Assembly: GCA_903868795.1 (NCBI GenBank)
Contig: CAIPWR010000126.1
Location: forward strand, 5,172-69,171
Direction: 5' to 3'
DNA length: 64,000 nt
Origin: an uncultured Spartobacteria bacterium
GTDB taxonomy: Bacteria > Verrucomicrobiota > Verrucomicrobiia > Chthoniobacterales > UBA6821
In this document: positions 45,485-54,707 of the stretch, piece by piece
Numbering within the stretch: position 1 is the first letter of the stretch
How the letters are laid out: each line of letters opens with the position of its first letter
Position numbers and translations under genes: made by a program
Notes under the pieces: generated by a model
The model's database searches: none
The model's input: only the letters and a program-made list of their open reading frames with translations
What the model was told of the DNA's origin: nothing

Positions 45485-46005
45485 CATTCAGCCTGTCCGC
45501 GTCGTTCGGCGAAAAAGCTTTTGAGCAGCTGACCGCTTTCCTGACCGAGCACGCCCCCTGTGATTTCACACCGGTGGCTGAGTCCATCCATCTGAAGGAT
45601 ATTGATGCTGCCGCCGGCTGCCCCTCCCCTCGGATCATGGCATCCAAAGATGACTCTCCTGACCCGGGAATTCACCAGGGCTCCCGCACACATTGGGCAG
45701 GGCTCCTTGGTCACATAGAGATCGCATTCGTTGAGGCGCCAGTCGCCGATCGAGTTCTCGGCCTGGGTGATCGCGAGCATCTCGGCATGGGCTGTCGCGT
45801 CCTTGAGCGTCTCCACCAGATTTGAGGCGCGTGCAATGATCTTCCCCTCGCGGACGACCACGGCACCAATCGGCACCTCCTCGGCCTCGTAGGCCTTCAT
45901 GGCCTGGCGAAGCGCCTGACCCATGAAGTAGTCGTCACTGGTCAGATCAATGATCGGATCTTCCAACGGCCCCTCTCCACCCGAGTCGTTGAGGATGATT
46001 CTCAT
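45484..46005 (-). CDS. tadA: tRNA adenosine(34) deaminase
   Basis: 173 aa. EVPIGAVVV...HAEMLAI...EPCPMCAGAL are CDA zinc motifs. Confidence 0.9.
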   Translation of the reverse strand: MRIILNDSGGEGPLEDPIIDLTSDDYFMGQALRQAMKAYEAEEVPIGAVVVREGKIIARASNLVETLKDATAHAEMLAITQAENSIGDWRLNECDLYVTKEPCPMCAGALVNSRVRRVIFGCHDPRGGAAGGSINILQMDGLSHRCEITGGVLGQESGQLLKSFFAERRGQAE

Positions 46006-46143
46006 GCTGTGCCGAAGTGGAGGCAGGGTAGGGGTTAAAAAGTTAGAACGTTGAAGTGTTACAAAGATTGATGCGGGGCCCCATACGCGGAATGGATCCT
46101 CTTTTCACCTTTTAACTTTCTAACGATTTTAACCCGGATGGTC

Positions 46144-46806
46144 CTACCCCCGCAATGCGCGGATCTCCGCAGCGCGGTCGGCGGCCTTGAAGACCGAGGT
46201 GCCCGCCACCATGACATCGGCACCAGCCTCTCGGCAGAGAGCGGCGGTCTCCACATCGATCCCTCCATCCACCTCGATCAGGAAACCTAGTCCCAGATCC
46301 GTGCGGATCCGATCGGCATCGCGGATCTTGCCGAGCATGTCGTTCATGAAGGGCTGGCCGCCGAATCCCGGCTCGACCGTCATGATCAGGAGAATATCAA
46401 AGCGGCCGAAGAGCTCTCGGGCCTGATCGAGAGGGGTGCCCGGCTTGATGGAGAGGCCCGCTTTCTTGCCGGCGGCACGCACGGTGTCCAGCGTGACGCC
46501 CGCATCGTGGTTGGCCTCGAGGTGCGAGGTTACTGACGCAACTCCGGGAACGCTCATGAATTGCGCGATGTAGCGGTCGGGACGCTGGATCATGAGATGG
46601 ACATCGAGCGGGAGGCCCGTGTGGCGTCCGGCAGCTTTCACGATCGGCTCACCGAAGGAAATGTTCGGGACGAAGTCCCCATCCATCACGTCGCAATGGA
46701 TCCAATCGGCGCCCGCGTCCGTCACGCTCTTGACCTCATCCCCCAGGCGACCGAAGTCACAGGCGAGAATTGAGGGGGCAATGATGGAAGGGCGCTGAGC
46801 TGGCAT
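46144..46806 (-). CDS. rpe: ribulose-phosphate 3-epimerase
   Basis: ORF 46144..46851 trimmed to Met16. IAPSILACDFGRLGDEV...HCDVMDGDFVPNISFG...DVHLM...VEPGFGGQ. Confidence 0.9.
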   Translation of the reverse strand: MPAQRPSIIAPSILACDFGRLGDEVKSVTDAGADWIHCDVMDGDFVPNISFGEPIVKAAGRHTGLPLDVHLMIQRPDRYIAQFMSVPGVASVTSHLEANHDAGVTLDTVRAAGKKAGLSIKPGTPLDQARELFGRFDILLIMTVEPGFGGQPFMNDMLGKIRDADRIRTDLGLGFLIEVDGGIDVETAALCREAGADVMVAGTSVFKAADRAAEIRALRG

Positions 46807-46828
46807 GCGAATCGTCCGGAGTGGGTGC

Positions 46829-48217
46829 TTAAATATGGATGGCGTGACCAAGGGCGGCCTCGGTCGCCTCGAAGACCGCCTCGCTCAATGTCGGGTGCGC
46901 GTGGATCGTGGAGGCGATGTCGTCATAGGTCGCCTCGAGGGTGATGGCGAGTCCCATCTCTGCGATCATCTCGGTGGCGTCCGCTCCGATGATGTGGGCT
47001 CCGACGATCTCACCATGCGGCTCGTTGAAGAGGAGCTTCACGAAGCCGTCGGTCTCGCCGACCGCCTGGGCCTTGCCACTGGCCTGGAATGGGAACTTGC
47101 CGATCTTGACCTTGAGGCCCTTTTCCTTGGCTGCGCGCTCGGTGAGTCCGACACTCGCAACCTGCGGCTGGCAGTAGGTGCAACCGGGGAAGGTACGCTT
47201 GCGGGCGGGTGTGCGTTTTCCGAACATTCCCTCGACGGCCTGGACAGCCTCCCAGCTGGCGACGTGCGCGAGCCATGGGGGTCCGATGATATCTCCCGCC
47301 GCGTAGACGCCGGGAATGCTGGTCTCGTAGCGGTCGTTGACGGCGATATATCCTCGGTCGTCGAGCTTGATCGCGGCCGCACCTCCGGGAAGGAGTGGCG
47401 AAACGCCGATCGCCACGAGCGCGACGTCTGCGGTGAGGGTTTCGTTGGCTCCACCGGAGACTGTGATCTTCACCCCCTCTTTCGTGGCTTCAGCCTTCTC
47501 GACCTTGGTGCCGGTGAGGATGCGGATGCCCTGCTTGACGAGCGACTTCTCTAGCGTGACGGAGACCTCCGTGTCCTCGACGGGAAGGATGTTGGGCATC
47601 ATCTCGACGATGGTTACCTTCGTGCCGAAGGCATTGAAGAAGTAGGCGAACTCGACACCGATCGCACCGGCACCGATGACGATGATCTCCTTGGGCTGCT
47701 TGGCGATGGCGAGTGCGTGGCGGCTGCCGATGACGCTGGTTCCGTTGAACGCAAAGCCTGGCATCTCGCGGGTGACGACGCCGGTGGCGATGAGAATCTT
47801 CGGCGCCGTGAGGGTCTGGTCCTTTCCATCTGCTCCGCGAACCTCAACAGTTCCTGCCTTGGGCGCGCTCGCGTCGCCCTTGATATAATCGACCTTGTTC
47901 TTCTTGAAGAGGAACTCGATTCCGCCGGCGAGCTTATCCGCGACCTTGCGGGAACGCCCGATGACCTTGTCCCAGTCGTACTTGAGCCCGGAAACCTCGA
48001 GCCCGAAGTCAGCGGCGTGGTGACCGATCAGGGAATAGAGTTCGGCATTCTTGAGCAGGGCCTTGGTCGGAATGCAGCCCCAGTTCAGGCACGTGCCTCC
48101 GGCGCGTTCCTTCTCGACAACAGCGACGCGCTTGCCGAGTTGGGCGGCGCGGATCGCGCCAACATATCCGGCGGGGCCGCCGCCGATGACGATGAGGTCG
48201 TAGGGTGTCGTGGACAT
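46829..48217 (-). CDS. lpdA: dihydrolipoyl dehydrogenase
   Basis: ORF 46829..48256 trimmed to Met14. YDLIVIGGGPAGY, redox-active GGTCLNWGCIPTK, C-terminal HAHPTLSE. Confidence 0.9.
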   Translation of the reverse strand: MSTTPYDLIVIGGGPAGYVGAIRAAQLGKRVAVVEKERAGGTCLNWGCIPTKALLKNAELYSLIGHHAADFGLEVSGLKYDWDKVIGRSRKVADKLAGGIEFLFKKNKVDYIKGDASAPKAGTVEVRGADGKDQTLTAPKILIATGVVTREMPGFAFNGTSVIGSRHALAIAKQPKEIIVIGAGAIGVEFAYFFNAFGTKVTIVEMMPNILPVEDTEVSVTLEKSLVKQGIRILTGTKVEKAEATKEGVKITVSGGANETLTADVALVAIGVSPLLPGGAAAIKLDDRGYIAVNDRYETSIPGVYAAGDIIGPPWLAHVASWEAVQAVEGMFGKRTPARKRTFPGCTYCQPQVASVGLTERAAKEKGLKVKIGKFPFQASGKAQAVGETDGFVKLLFNEPHGEIVGAHIIGADATEMIAEMGLAITLEATYDDIASTIHAHPTLSEAVFEATEAALGHAIHI

Positions 48218-48330
48218 AAGTAAAAAGAGATTCTTTGCGGAGGGGCCGTGCGTCAAAAAGATTCTCGTTGATCCTTTGCGTTAGCAGATTTCCCAAGAGA
48301 CTTTTTTCTGCCCTAGGTTATCGTATCTTC

Positions 48331-48669
48331 ATGGAAATAACCTTGTCCTTGATCGGTGATATTCCGATCTTCCATCTCAATGGCAGGCTCGACATGACGT
48401 CGAGCCCACTTTTGGAAGAGCGCCTCAAACCCCTACTAATAGTGCTGGGACAGAAAATGGTCTTCGACTGCTCGGATCTCTCCTACATCAGCAGCGCTGG
48501 GCTCCGGGTCTTTCTTTCGACCATGCGTCATCTCTCTGCACAAGGTGGGGGTGTCGGTTTTGCGCGACTCAGTCCCCCTGTGGGAGATCTTTTCCGCTTG
48601 GCGGGCCTTGAGGATCTCTTCCTAATCACACCAACCGTCGAGGAAGCAGCCACAAAACTCCAAAGCTGA
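48331..48669 (+). CDS. STAS-domain anti-sigma-factor antagonist
   Basis: ORF 48235..48669 trimmed to Met33. DLSYISSAGLRVFL is the SpoIIAA-type phospho-Ser region. Confidence 0.7.
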   Translation: MEITLSLIGDIPIFHLNGRLDMTSSPLLEERLKPLLIVLGQKMVFDCSDLSYISSAGLRVFLSTMRHLSAQGGGVGFARLSPPVGDLFRLAGLEDLFLITPTVEEAATKLQS

Positions 48670-50553
48670 TCAGTCCTTTTGGAACTGCTTTGCCACTTCT
48701 GATTCCTTACGGATCCAGACAGAGAGCACCGAAATATCTGCCGGGGTGATACCGCTAATCCGCGACGCTTGTCCCAGTGTCTCCGGGGCAAACGCCGCAA
48801 GTTTCTGGCGGGCCTCCAATCTCAGGCTGGGAATGTTGTCGTAGGCAAGCGTCTTGGGAATTTGGGTTTCCTCCTGATGACGCTGCCGTTCGATTTGATC
48901 CTCCTCCCGCCGAAGGTACCCCTCATACTTCAGGTCAATTTCCATCAGGCTCCAGACTTCATCCGTATAGCGTCCTAAAAGATCCGAGGGAAGCTTCTCG
49001 GGTGTGTTTTCGGAACGCTTCAGCCACTGGGCGAGGGGGATTCCCTCATGATGGAGAGAAAGGGCCTCCTTACGCAGGGAAGAAAGGACCGCTATCTTCT
49101 TCATGAAGGCCTGACGTCGGTAATCACAGGCCATTCCTATCTTTAAAGCCCTGCCGGTCAATCTGATATCACAATTATCTTGGCGGAGGCGCAAGCGGTA
49201 TTCCGCGCGGCTGGTGAACATCCGATACGGCTCTGGAGTTCCCCTGGTCACGAGGTCATCGATCATAACCCCTATGTACGCTTCTTCTCGTCCGAGAAGT
49301 AAGGCCTCTTTTTTCTGCACTTTCAATGCTGCATTGATACCAGCCATCAGTCCTTGTGCTGCGGCCTCTTCATATCCCGATGTCCCATTGATCTGACCAG
49401 CAAAGTAGAGCCCTTCGATCTTCTTGGTCTCTAGGGTAGAATGGAGCTGGTGGGGAGGGCAATAATCGTACTCGACCGCATATCCAGGCCTAAGAATCTC
49501 TGCCTTCTCAAGTGCCGGGATCGACCTGATGAACTCGTACTGAATTTCGTAGGGGAGGCTCGTAGAGACCCCGTTCACATAGACCTCGCCAGTATGGCGT
49601 CCCTCCGGTTCCAGGAAAATCTGGTGGCGGGTCTTGTCGGCAAACTTCACCACCTTATCCTCAATGGATGGGCAATACCGTGGTCCCACCCCCTCAATCG
49701 CTCCCGCATAAAGAGGTGATTGGTGGAGGTTGGATCGGATGATCTCGTGGGTCTGTTCTGTGGTGTAGGTGATCCAACAGGGGATTTGTTCCACATGGAA
49801 CATTCCATCACTAAAATAATTCAGCGTGTGGAGGTCATCCTTTGAGCGGCTGATACTCTCGGGAATGTAGGAGAACCTTGGTGGAGGCGTCTCGCCCTCC
49901 TGTATCTCGCACTTTCCAAAATCGATTGATTTGGCCAAAAGTCGGCATGGTGTGCCTGTCTTGAATCTCCCAACCTCAAAGCCTAGTTCCTTAAGGTGGT
50001 CGCTTAGCGTAGAGATGGTATCTCCCATTCGACCTCCCGCCTGGGTTTGCATTCCCACATGAAGAAGCCCCCTCATGAAGGTCCCTGTCGTGACAACGAC
50101 CGAACTGCTTAAGAAACGGAGCCCGATATTTGTTTCCACTCCTGTCACGTGATCCCCCTCCACTATCAGTCTGGTAATGTTGGCTTGTTTGAGAGAGAGG
50201 TTCGGGAGATCTTCTAAGATAGCCTTCATGCGAAATTGATAGGCCTTCTTATCACATTGGGCGCGCGGAGCACGGACACTAGGGCCCTTGGATGCATTCA
50301 GCATGCGAAACTGAATCCCGGTGGCATCTGTATTCAATCCCATCAATCCGCCCAGCGCATCAATCTCTCGAACCATGTGGCCCTTGGCCAACCCCCCGAT
50401 GGCAGGATTACAAGACATCTGTCCGATGGTATCGGCGTTCTGGGTCAAAAGGAGTGTTTTAGCCCCAAGACGCGCGCTTGCATGGGCCGCTTCAATACCA
50501 GCGTGGCCTGCACCAATAACCACGACATCGAATTGTTCTGGATAGGTATACAT
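48670..50553 (-). CDS. mnmG: tRNA uridine-5-carboxymethylaminomethyl synthesis enzyme MnmG (GidA)
   Basis: 627 aa. [16 protein letters not shown]...[16 protein letters not shown]...[11 protein letters not shown]. Confidence 0.95.
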   Translation of the reverse strand: MYTYPEQFDVVVIGAGHAGIEAAHASARLGAKTLLLTQNADTIGQMSCNPAIGGLAKGHMVREIDALGGLMGLNTDATGIQFRMLNASKGPSVRAPRAQCDKKAYQFRMKAILEDLPNLSLKQANITRLIVEGDHVTGVETNIGLRFLSSSVVVTTGTFMRGLLHVGMQTQAGGRMGDTISTLSDHLKELGFEVGRFKTGTPCRLLAKSIDFGKCEIQEGETPPPRFSYIPESISRSKDDLHTLNYFSDGMFHVEQIPCWITYTTEQTHEIIRSNLHQSPLYAGAIEGVGPRYCPSIEDKVVKFADKTRHQIFLEPEGRHTGEVYVNGVSTSLPYEIQYEFIRSIPALEKAEILRPGYAVEYDYCPPHQLHSTLETKKIEGLYFAGQINGTSGYEEAAAQGLMAGINAALKVQKKEALLLGREEAYIGVMIDDLVTRGTPEPYRMFTSRAEYRLRLRQDNCDIRLTGRALKIGMACDYRRQAFMKKIAVLSSLRKEALSLHHEGIPLAQWLKRSENTPEKLPSDLLGRYTDEVWSLMEIDLKYEGYLRREEDQIERQRHQEETQIPKTLAYDNIPSLRLEARQKLAAFAPETLGQASRISGITPADISVLSVWIRKESEVAKQFQKD

Positions 50554-50955
50554 TTTCTATGTTCCACATGGAACTTTCATATAAGCTATTATATTAAAGG
50601 TACTTGTGTTTTATTTTTAGATATTCTTTGTTTGAGAACTCTTTTGGGAACTCTTTGTGGATGAATGTCTCTTTCTGGTGCTTCTTTGTTCCATGAAACA
50701 GTATTTTCTCCCATCCACCACACCAATGAATTCCTCATTCACACTCGATGGTCATGCCATAGACCCAGTATGGAGAATGATTTGCAGAAGATTCATTCTG
50801 ATTGTTCACACAGTTATTATTAAGAAGAAATTGGCCCAAAGATTATTTTATCAATCCATTCTGTGAACAAACCGAATCTGCGCGAAGTTCTTCAATAAAA
50901 GGATCTCGAAGAATTCTTTCAGTGTCGGCTTTAAGCAAATAGAAAAGAACGTCAC
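50554..50955. other. AT-rich divergent intergenic region with DnaA-box-like 9-mers (candidate oriC or relic)
   Basis: 402 bp between divergent mnmG and an ompA-like gene. 9-mers against TTATCCACA: TCATCCACA (rc of 50656-64, 8/9), TTGTTCACA (50802-10) and its inverted copy (50862-70), TGTTCCACA (50560-68), each 7/9. AT-rich run at 50575-50640. Confidence 0.3.
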
Positions 50956-51933
50956 ATGGGAAGCGTATCGTTAAAAAGACCGCGGAGCGTCACAAGATCT
51001 CTTTTCGTGTGGATCTTCGCAGCCTGCTTCCTCAGCTCCCTGTTGGTGCATTTGTTTTTTCTAGGTGAATCCAAGTCATGGATCCTCCCGGGGTTCTCCG
51101 CAGCCAGTTATGATACGATCGTGCCGAGAACATTTCGAATGAAACGGGTGGAGATCGATCCAAAAACGTTGACTGATACCGAACCTGTCATTGAGAAAAA
51201 GGAACAGCATGTGCCTGTAGTGATTTCCCAAGATCACCCTGAGAACAATGCTCAGTCCCTAGTGCAGGGTCAGTCGCACGTCATGCAACGACCCAAAGAA
51301 ATACTCCCCGATGTGGGAATAGATAAAATGGTTGGAAAACTTCCAGGAGTGGAAAGTCTCGCTACCGGCGCGCCATCAACGATGCCAAGCCTGCCTGAAA
51401 CGTTGCTTGAACCACCATCCAAAGCGGATAGGACGACGCTGCTGCAAAAAAAAAATGCGAGAGAAGATGGGGTTTCGGGAGCTCTGGAAAAAGCCGGGGA
51501 ATCAAGCGATGTGGGATCATCAACGAATTTCAGCAATATCGATGATCTGTTGGCAGGAACAGCGATGCTCTCCCCGACAACGGCACCCATTCTGATGCCG
51601 ACAGATCTGCTCTTTGAATATGACTCTGACGCGTTACGGAAGGAAGCAGCGCTCTCTCTATCAAAACTCGGTGATCTCATCCGAAGGAATGGACAGGCAT
51701 CTTTTCGAATTGAAGGACATACCGATTCTTTCGGAAGTGAAGACTACAATAACCAACTCAGCCTTAGGCGTGCTGAAGCAGTGAAAACCTGGCTGATCCA
51801 GAACGCAGGCTTGGATCCACGGCAGATCACCACAGCGGGACTTGGAAAGAAACATCTCCTGGCCCCCTCTACTGGTAGTGTTGCGGAACAACAACTCAAC
51901 AGGCGCGTCGAAATTGTCATCACCACGCACTAA
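50956..51933 (+). CDS. OmpA/MotB-domain protein with N-terminal membrane anchor
   Basis: 325 aa. TM helix LFVWIFAACFLSSLLVHLFFL. C-terminal OmpA_C block FEYDSDAL...IEGHTDSFGSEDYNNQLSLRRAEAV...NRRVEIV. Confidence 0.75.
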   Translation: MGSVSLKRPRSVTRSLFVWIFAACFLSSLLVHLFFLGESKSWILPGFSAASYDTIVPRTFRMKRVEIDPKTLTDTEPVIEKKEQHVPVVISQDHPENNAQSLVQGQSHVMQRPKEILPDVGIDKMVGKLPGVESLATGAPSTMPSLPETLLEPPSKADRTTLLQKKNAREDGVSGALEKAGESSDVGSSTNFSNIDDLLAGTAMLSPTTAPILMPTDLLFEYDSDALRKEAALSLSKLGDLIRRNGQASFRIEGHTDSFGSEDYNNQLSLRRAEAVKTWLIQNAGLDPRQITTAGLGKKHLLAPSTGSVAEQQLNRRVEIVITTH

Positions 51934-51944
51934 CGGAGAACCCC

Positions 51945-54707
51945 ATGGAAGGAATCATCCCGCTCTCTGAACATCGAGCCCGCATTCAGAAGGAAGTTGC
52001 GCGTAAGCTTTCGGATGTTCTCGTGGGAGAAAAGGAGTTGCCCATTGCTAAACTCCAGTCCTTTCGCAAGAAGGAAGAGCACAGGCTGAAGATTTGGCAC
52101 CGCGCTGGGGGAGGAGGAAAAGAGATTGCGGGAAGAAGAACAGAAATCGTCGATATCCTCGTGAAGGAGATTTTCCAATTTGCCACGGTCAAAGAACGTG
52201 GAGAAAAAGAAATTCCAGGATTTCTCGTAAGTGCTTTTGGGGGCTATGGACGAAGGGAACTCAATCCCTTTAGCGACGTGGACATCACGTTCCTTCATGA
52301 GGGGAATAAACCTACTGAGGGCATGGAAAGGATCATCTCGACGTGCCTCATGGCATTGTGGGATCTCGGTTTTAAGGTGGGACATGCCACGCGGTCGGTA
52401 CAGGGCGCCCTAAGTCAGGCGAACGCCGATATGATGACCAAGACGGCAATGCTGGAAAGCCGCCTACTTGCTGGAGACAAAAAACTTTTTCAAGAGTTCC
52501 GGAGCCAATTCGAGGTCACCTGCGTCAAGGGGAAGGAGAAGGATTATATTGCCTTTCGAATCGATAATCTTAAGGAACTGCGGGCAAAATACGGATCGAG
52601 CGTCTTCATGCAGGAACCGAATATCAAGTCGGGTTGCGGTGGTCTACGCGACTATCAGAACCTTCTCTGGACAGGGATGTTCCATTCGGGAGCCTATACG
52701 GTAAAGAAACTTGTGGAGGAAAAAATCCTCCGCGAGAGGGAGAGAAAGTCCCTGGAAGAAGCGCATGATTTTCTTCTGCGGGTTCGCACAGAGATGCACT
52801 ATCAAACTGGGCGGGCTTCCGAGCAACTTACCCTCCAGCTCCAAGGGAAGGTCGCCACGGCTTTGGGCTATCCCGAGAAGAACATCCTTCGTCGCTGCGA
52901 GGCATTCATGCGCGACTATTACCGCCACACCCGCGCGATTCACCTCATCAGCACCCTGGCCCTCGGAAGAATTCGCGAGCAGCAGGGAAGCCGCCTGACG
53001 CTGCTGAATAAAATCCTCGGGCGACAGGAGAGCGTGGACGAGATGGTCATCAGAAACGGGGAGATATTTCCCAAGACCCGGGATATTTTCAACAAAGAGC
53101 CGGCGCGCCTCATGCGGGCTTTCCAGATAGCCCAGACACGCAATGTGAATTTCTCCGCAGAGTTGGAGGATCTCGTGAAGAGAAGGCTGAACCTCGTCGA
53201 CCGAACCTTTCAGTATAACAAGGAAAACTGTACGGTCTTTCTTTCCATCCTCTCAAGGAAAGGGGAGGTCGGGCGCATCCTGCGACTCATGCACAACCTG
53301 GGGTTCTTGGGCAAATACATGCCGGAGTTTGAACCACTCACCTGCTTGGTTCAGCATGAGTTTTTCCATCGGTACACAGCCGATGAGCACACGCTGCTCT
53401 GCATCGACAAAATAGATGCACTCCTATTGACAACGGAGCAAAAGCTATCCCGGTACCGCAAGCTCTTCCGTAACTTCGAGGATCCCGCGATCCTCTACCT
53501 TGCAATGCTTCTTCATGACACGGGCAAGGCTGCAAACACGAAGCATCATGAGGAGGCCAGTGCGCTGGCAGCCCAACGGGTAGCCAGAAGGCTTCAGCTC
53601 AATCCAGCGAGGAAGAAGATGCTCATCGCGCTCGTCGACAATCACGGTGAGATGAGCGGAACCGCACGCAGCAGGAATGTTGAGGATCCGGCGACAGTGG
53701 AGGAATTCGCGGAAATCATTCGGGATCCCGTAACCCTCGATGCACTCATGGTGATCACACTGGCTGACGGCATGGGCACGAGCGACGATGGATGGAGTGA
53801 TTGGAAGGAGCAGATGGTCTGGTCACTGTATCACCAGACACGCGGATTACTCACAAACAGTATCGGATTCCGAGAGGAGCAGCAACGGCGCCGGGAAGAA
53901 CTCCGTCGGAAGGTCACCGGCGCGTTGCCTGATTTGTTTGAAGAGGAAACGGCAGCGCATATGGAACGAATGCCGGATCGTTATTTTCACACGAAGGATG
54001 CAGCGGAAATATACCGCCACATTAGGTTATTTCATCGATTCTTCGAGGAGGGGATGATCAGTGAAGGACCCAATCTCTCCACCGTAATCGAATGGGTGGA
54101 CCATCCCGAGGCAGGATATGCCGAAGTTCTCGTTTGTGGATGGGATCGGGAGCGCCTTCTGGAGAGGATTGCCGCTGCGTTCCTGGAAGCCGGGATTAAT
54201 GTGCTCGGAGCCGACATCTATACACGCAGTGACAACCTGGCCCTCGACATTTTCAAGGTCACCAACAATCGCAGCGAACCGCTGCCGAGAGAGCGGGAGC
54301 GCAAGGTATTCGAGCAAAAACTCCGCGAGTCCCTCATGGCACCCGGCCATAGGCTTGTCCCTGCACCAAAAGAAAAACCAGGCATTCGCGCGGACAAGAC
54401 ATCCGTTAGTGAAGAGGAAGAACTGCCCGTGTGGGTTGTGGTGAACAATAACGCGCACCCATCGTGCACCATCCTCGAAGTCCAGGCACCCGATCGTATG
54501 GGGCTTCTCTATCATTTGTTGAGGGCCATCTCCCACGGCGGCATCACGATCGAGGCGGCACGCATCGCCACGGAGCAAAAGGCCGCACTGGATGTTTTTT
54601 ACCTCCGTACCAAGGAGGGCGGAAAGCTCGAGGATCACCATCAACTCATGCGGCTCGAGCGTCGGCTCCGAGCTGCAGCGGCACGCGCCGGAAAAACCAA
54701 CGGATGA
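51945..54707 (+). CDS. glnD: [protein-PII] uridylyltransferase / uridylyl-removing enzyme
   Basis: 920 aa. NTase GGYGRRELNPFSDVDI, HD domain HRYTADEHTL...LLHDTGK, two C-terminal ACT-like segments. Confidence 0.9.
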   Translation: MEGIIPLSEHRARIQKEVARKLSDVLVGEKELPIAKLQSFRKKEEHRLKIWHRAGGGGKEIAGRRTEIVDILVKEIFQFATVKERGEKEIPGFLVSAFGGYGRRELNPFSDVDITFLHEGNKPTEGMERIISTCLMALWDLGFKVGHATRSVQGALSQANADMMTKTAMLESRLLAGDKKLFQEFRSQFEVTCVKGKEKDYIAFRIDNLKELRAKYGSSVFMQEPNIKSGCGGLRDYQNLLWTGMFHSGAYTVKKLVEEKILRERERKSLEEAHDFLLRVRTEMHYQTGRASEQLTLQLQGKVATALGYPEKNILRRCEAFMRDYYRHTRAIHLISTLALGRIREQQGSRLTLLNKILGRQESVDEMVIRNGEIFPKTRDIFNKEPARLMRAFQIAQTRNVNFSAELEDLVKRRLNLVDRTFQYNKENCTVFLSILSRKGEVGRILRLMHNLGFLGKYMPEFEPLTCLVQHEFFHRYTADEHTLLCIDKIDALLLTTEQKLSRYRKLFRNFEDPAILYLAMLLHDTGKAANTKHHEEASALAAQRVARRLQLNPARKKMLIALVDNHGEMSGTARSRNVEDPATVEEFAEIIRDPVTLDALMVITLADGMGTSDDGWSDWKEQMVWSLYHQTRGLLTNSIGFREEQQRRREELRRKVTGALPDLFEEETAAHMERMPDRYFHTKDAAEIYRHIRLFHRFFEEGMISEGPNLSTVIEWVDHPEAGYAEVLVCGWDRERLLERIAAAFLEAGINVLGADIYTRSDNLALDIFKVTNNRSEPLPRERERKVFEQKLRESLMAPGHRLVPAPKEKPGIRADKTSVSEEEELPVWVVVNNNAHPSCTILEVQAPDRMGLLYHLLRAISHGGITIEAARIATEQKAALDVFYLRTKEGGKLEDHHQLMRLERRLRAAAARAGKTNG

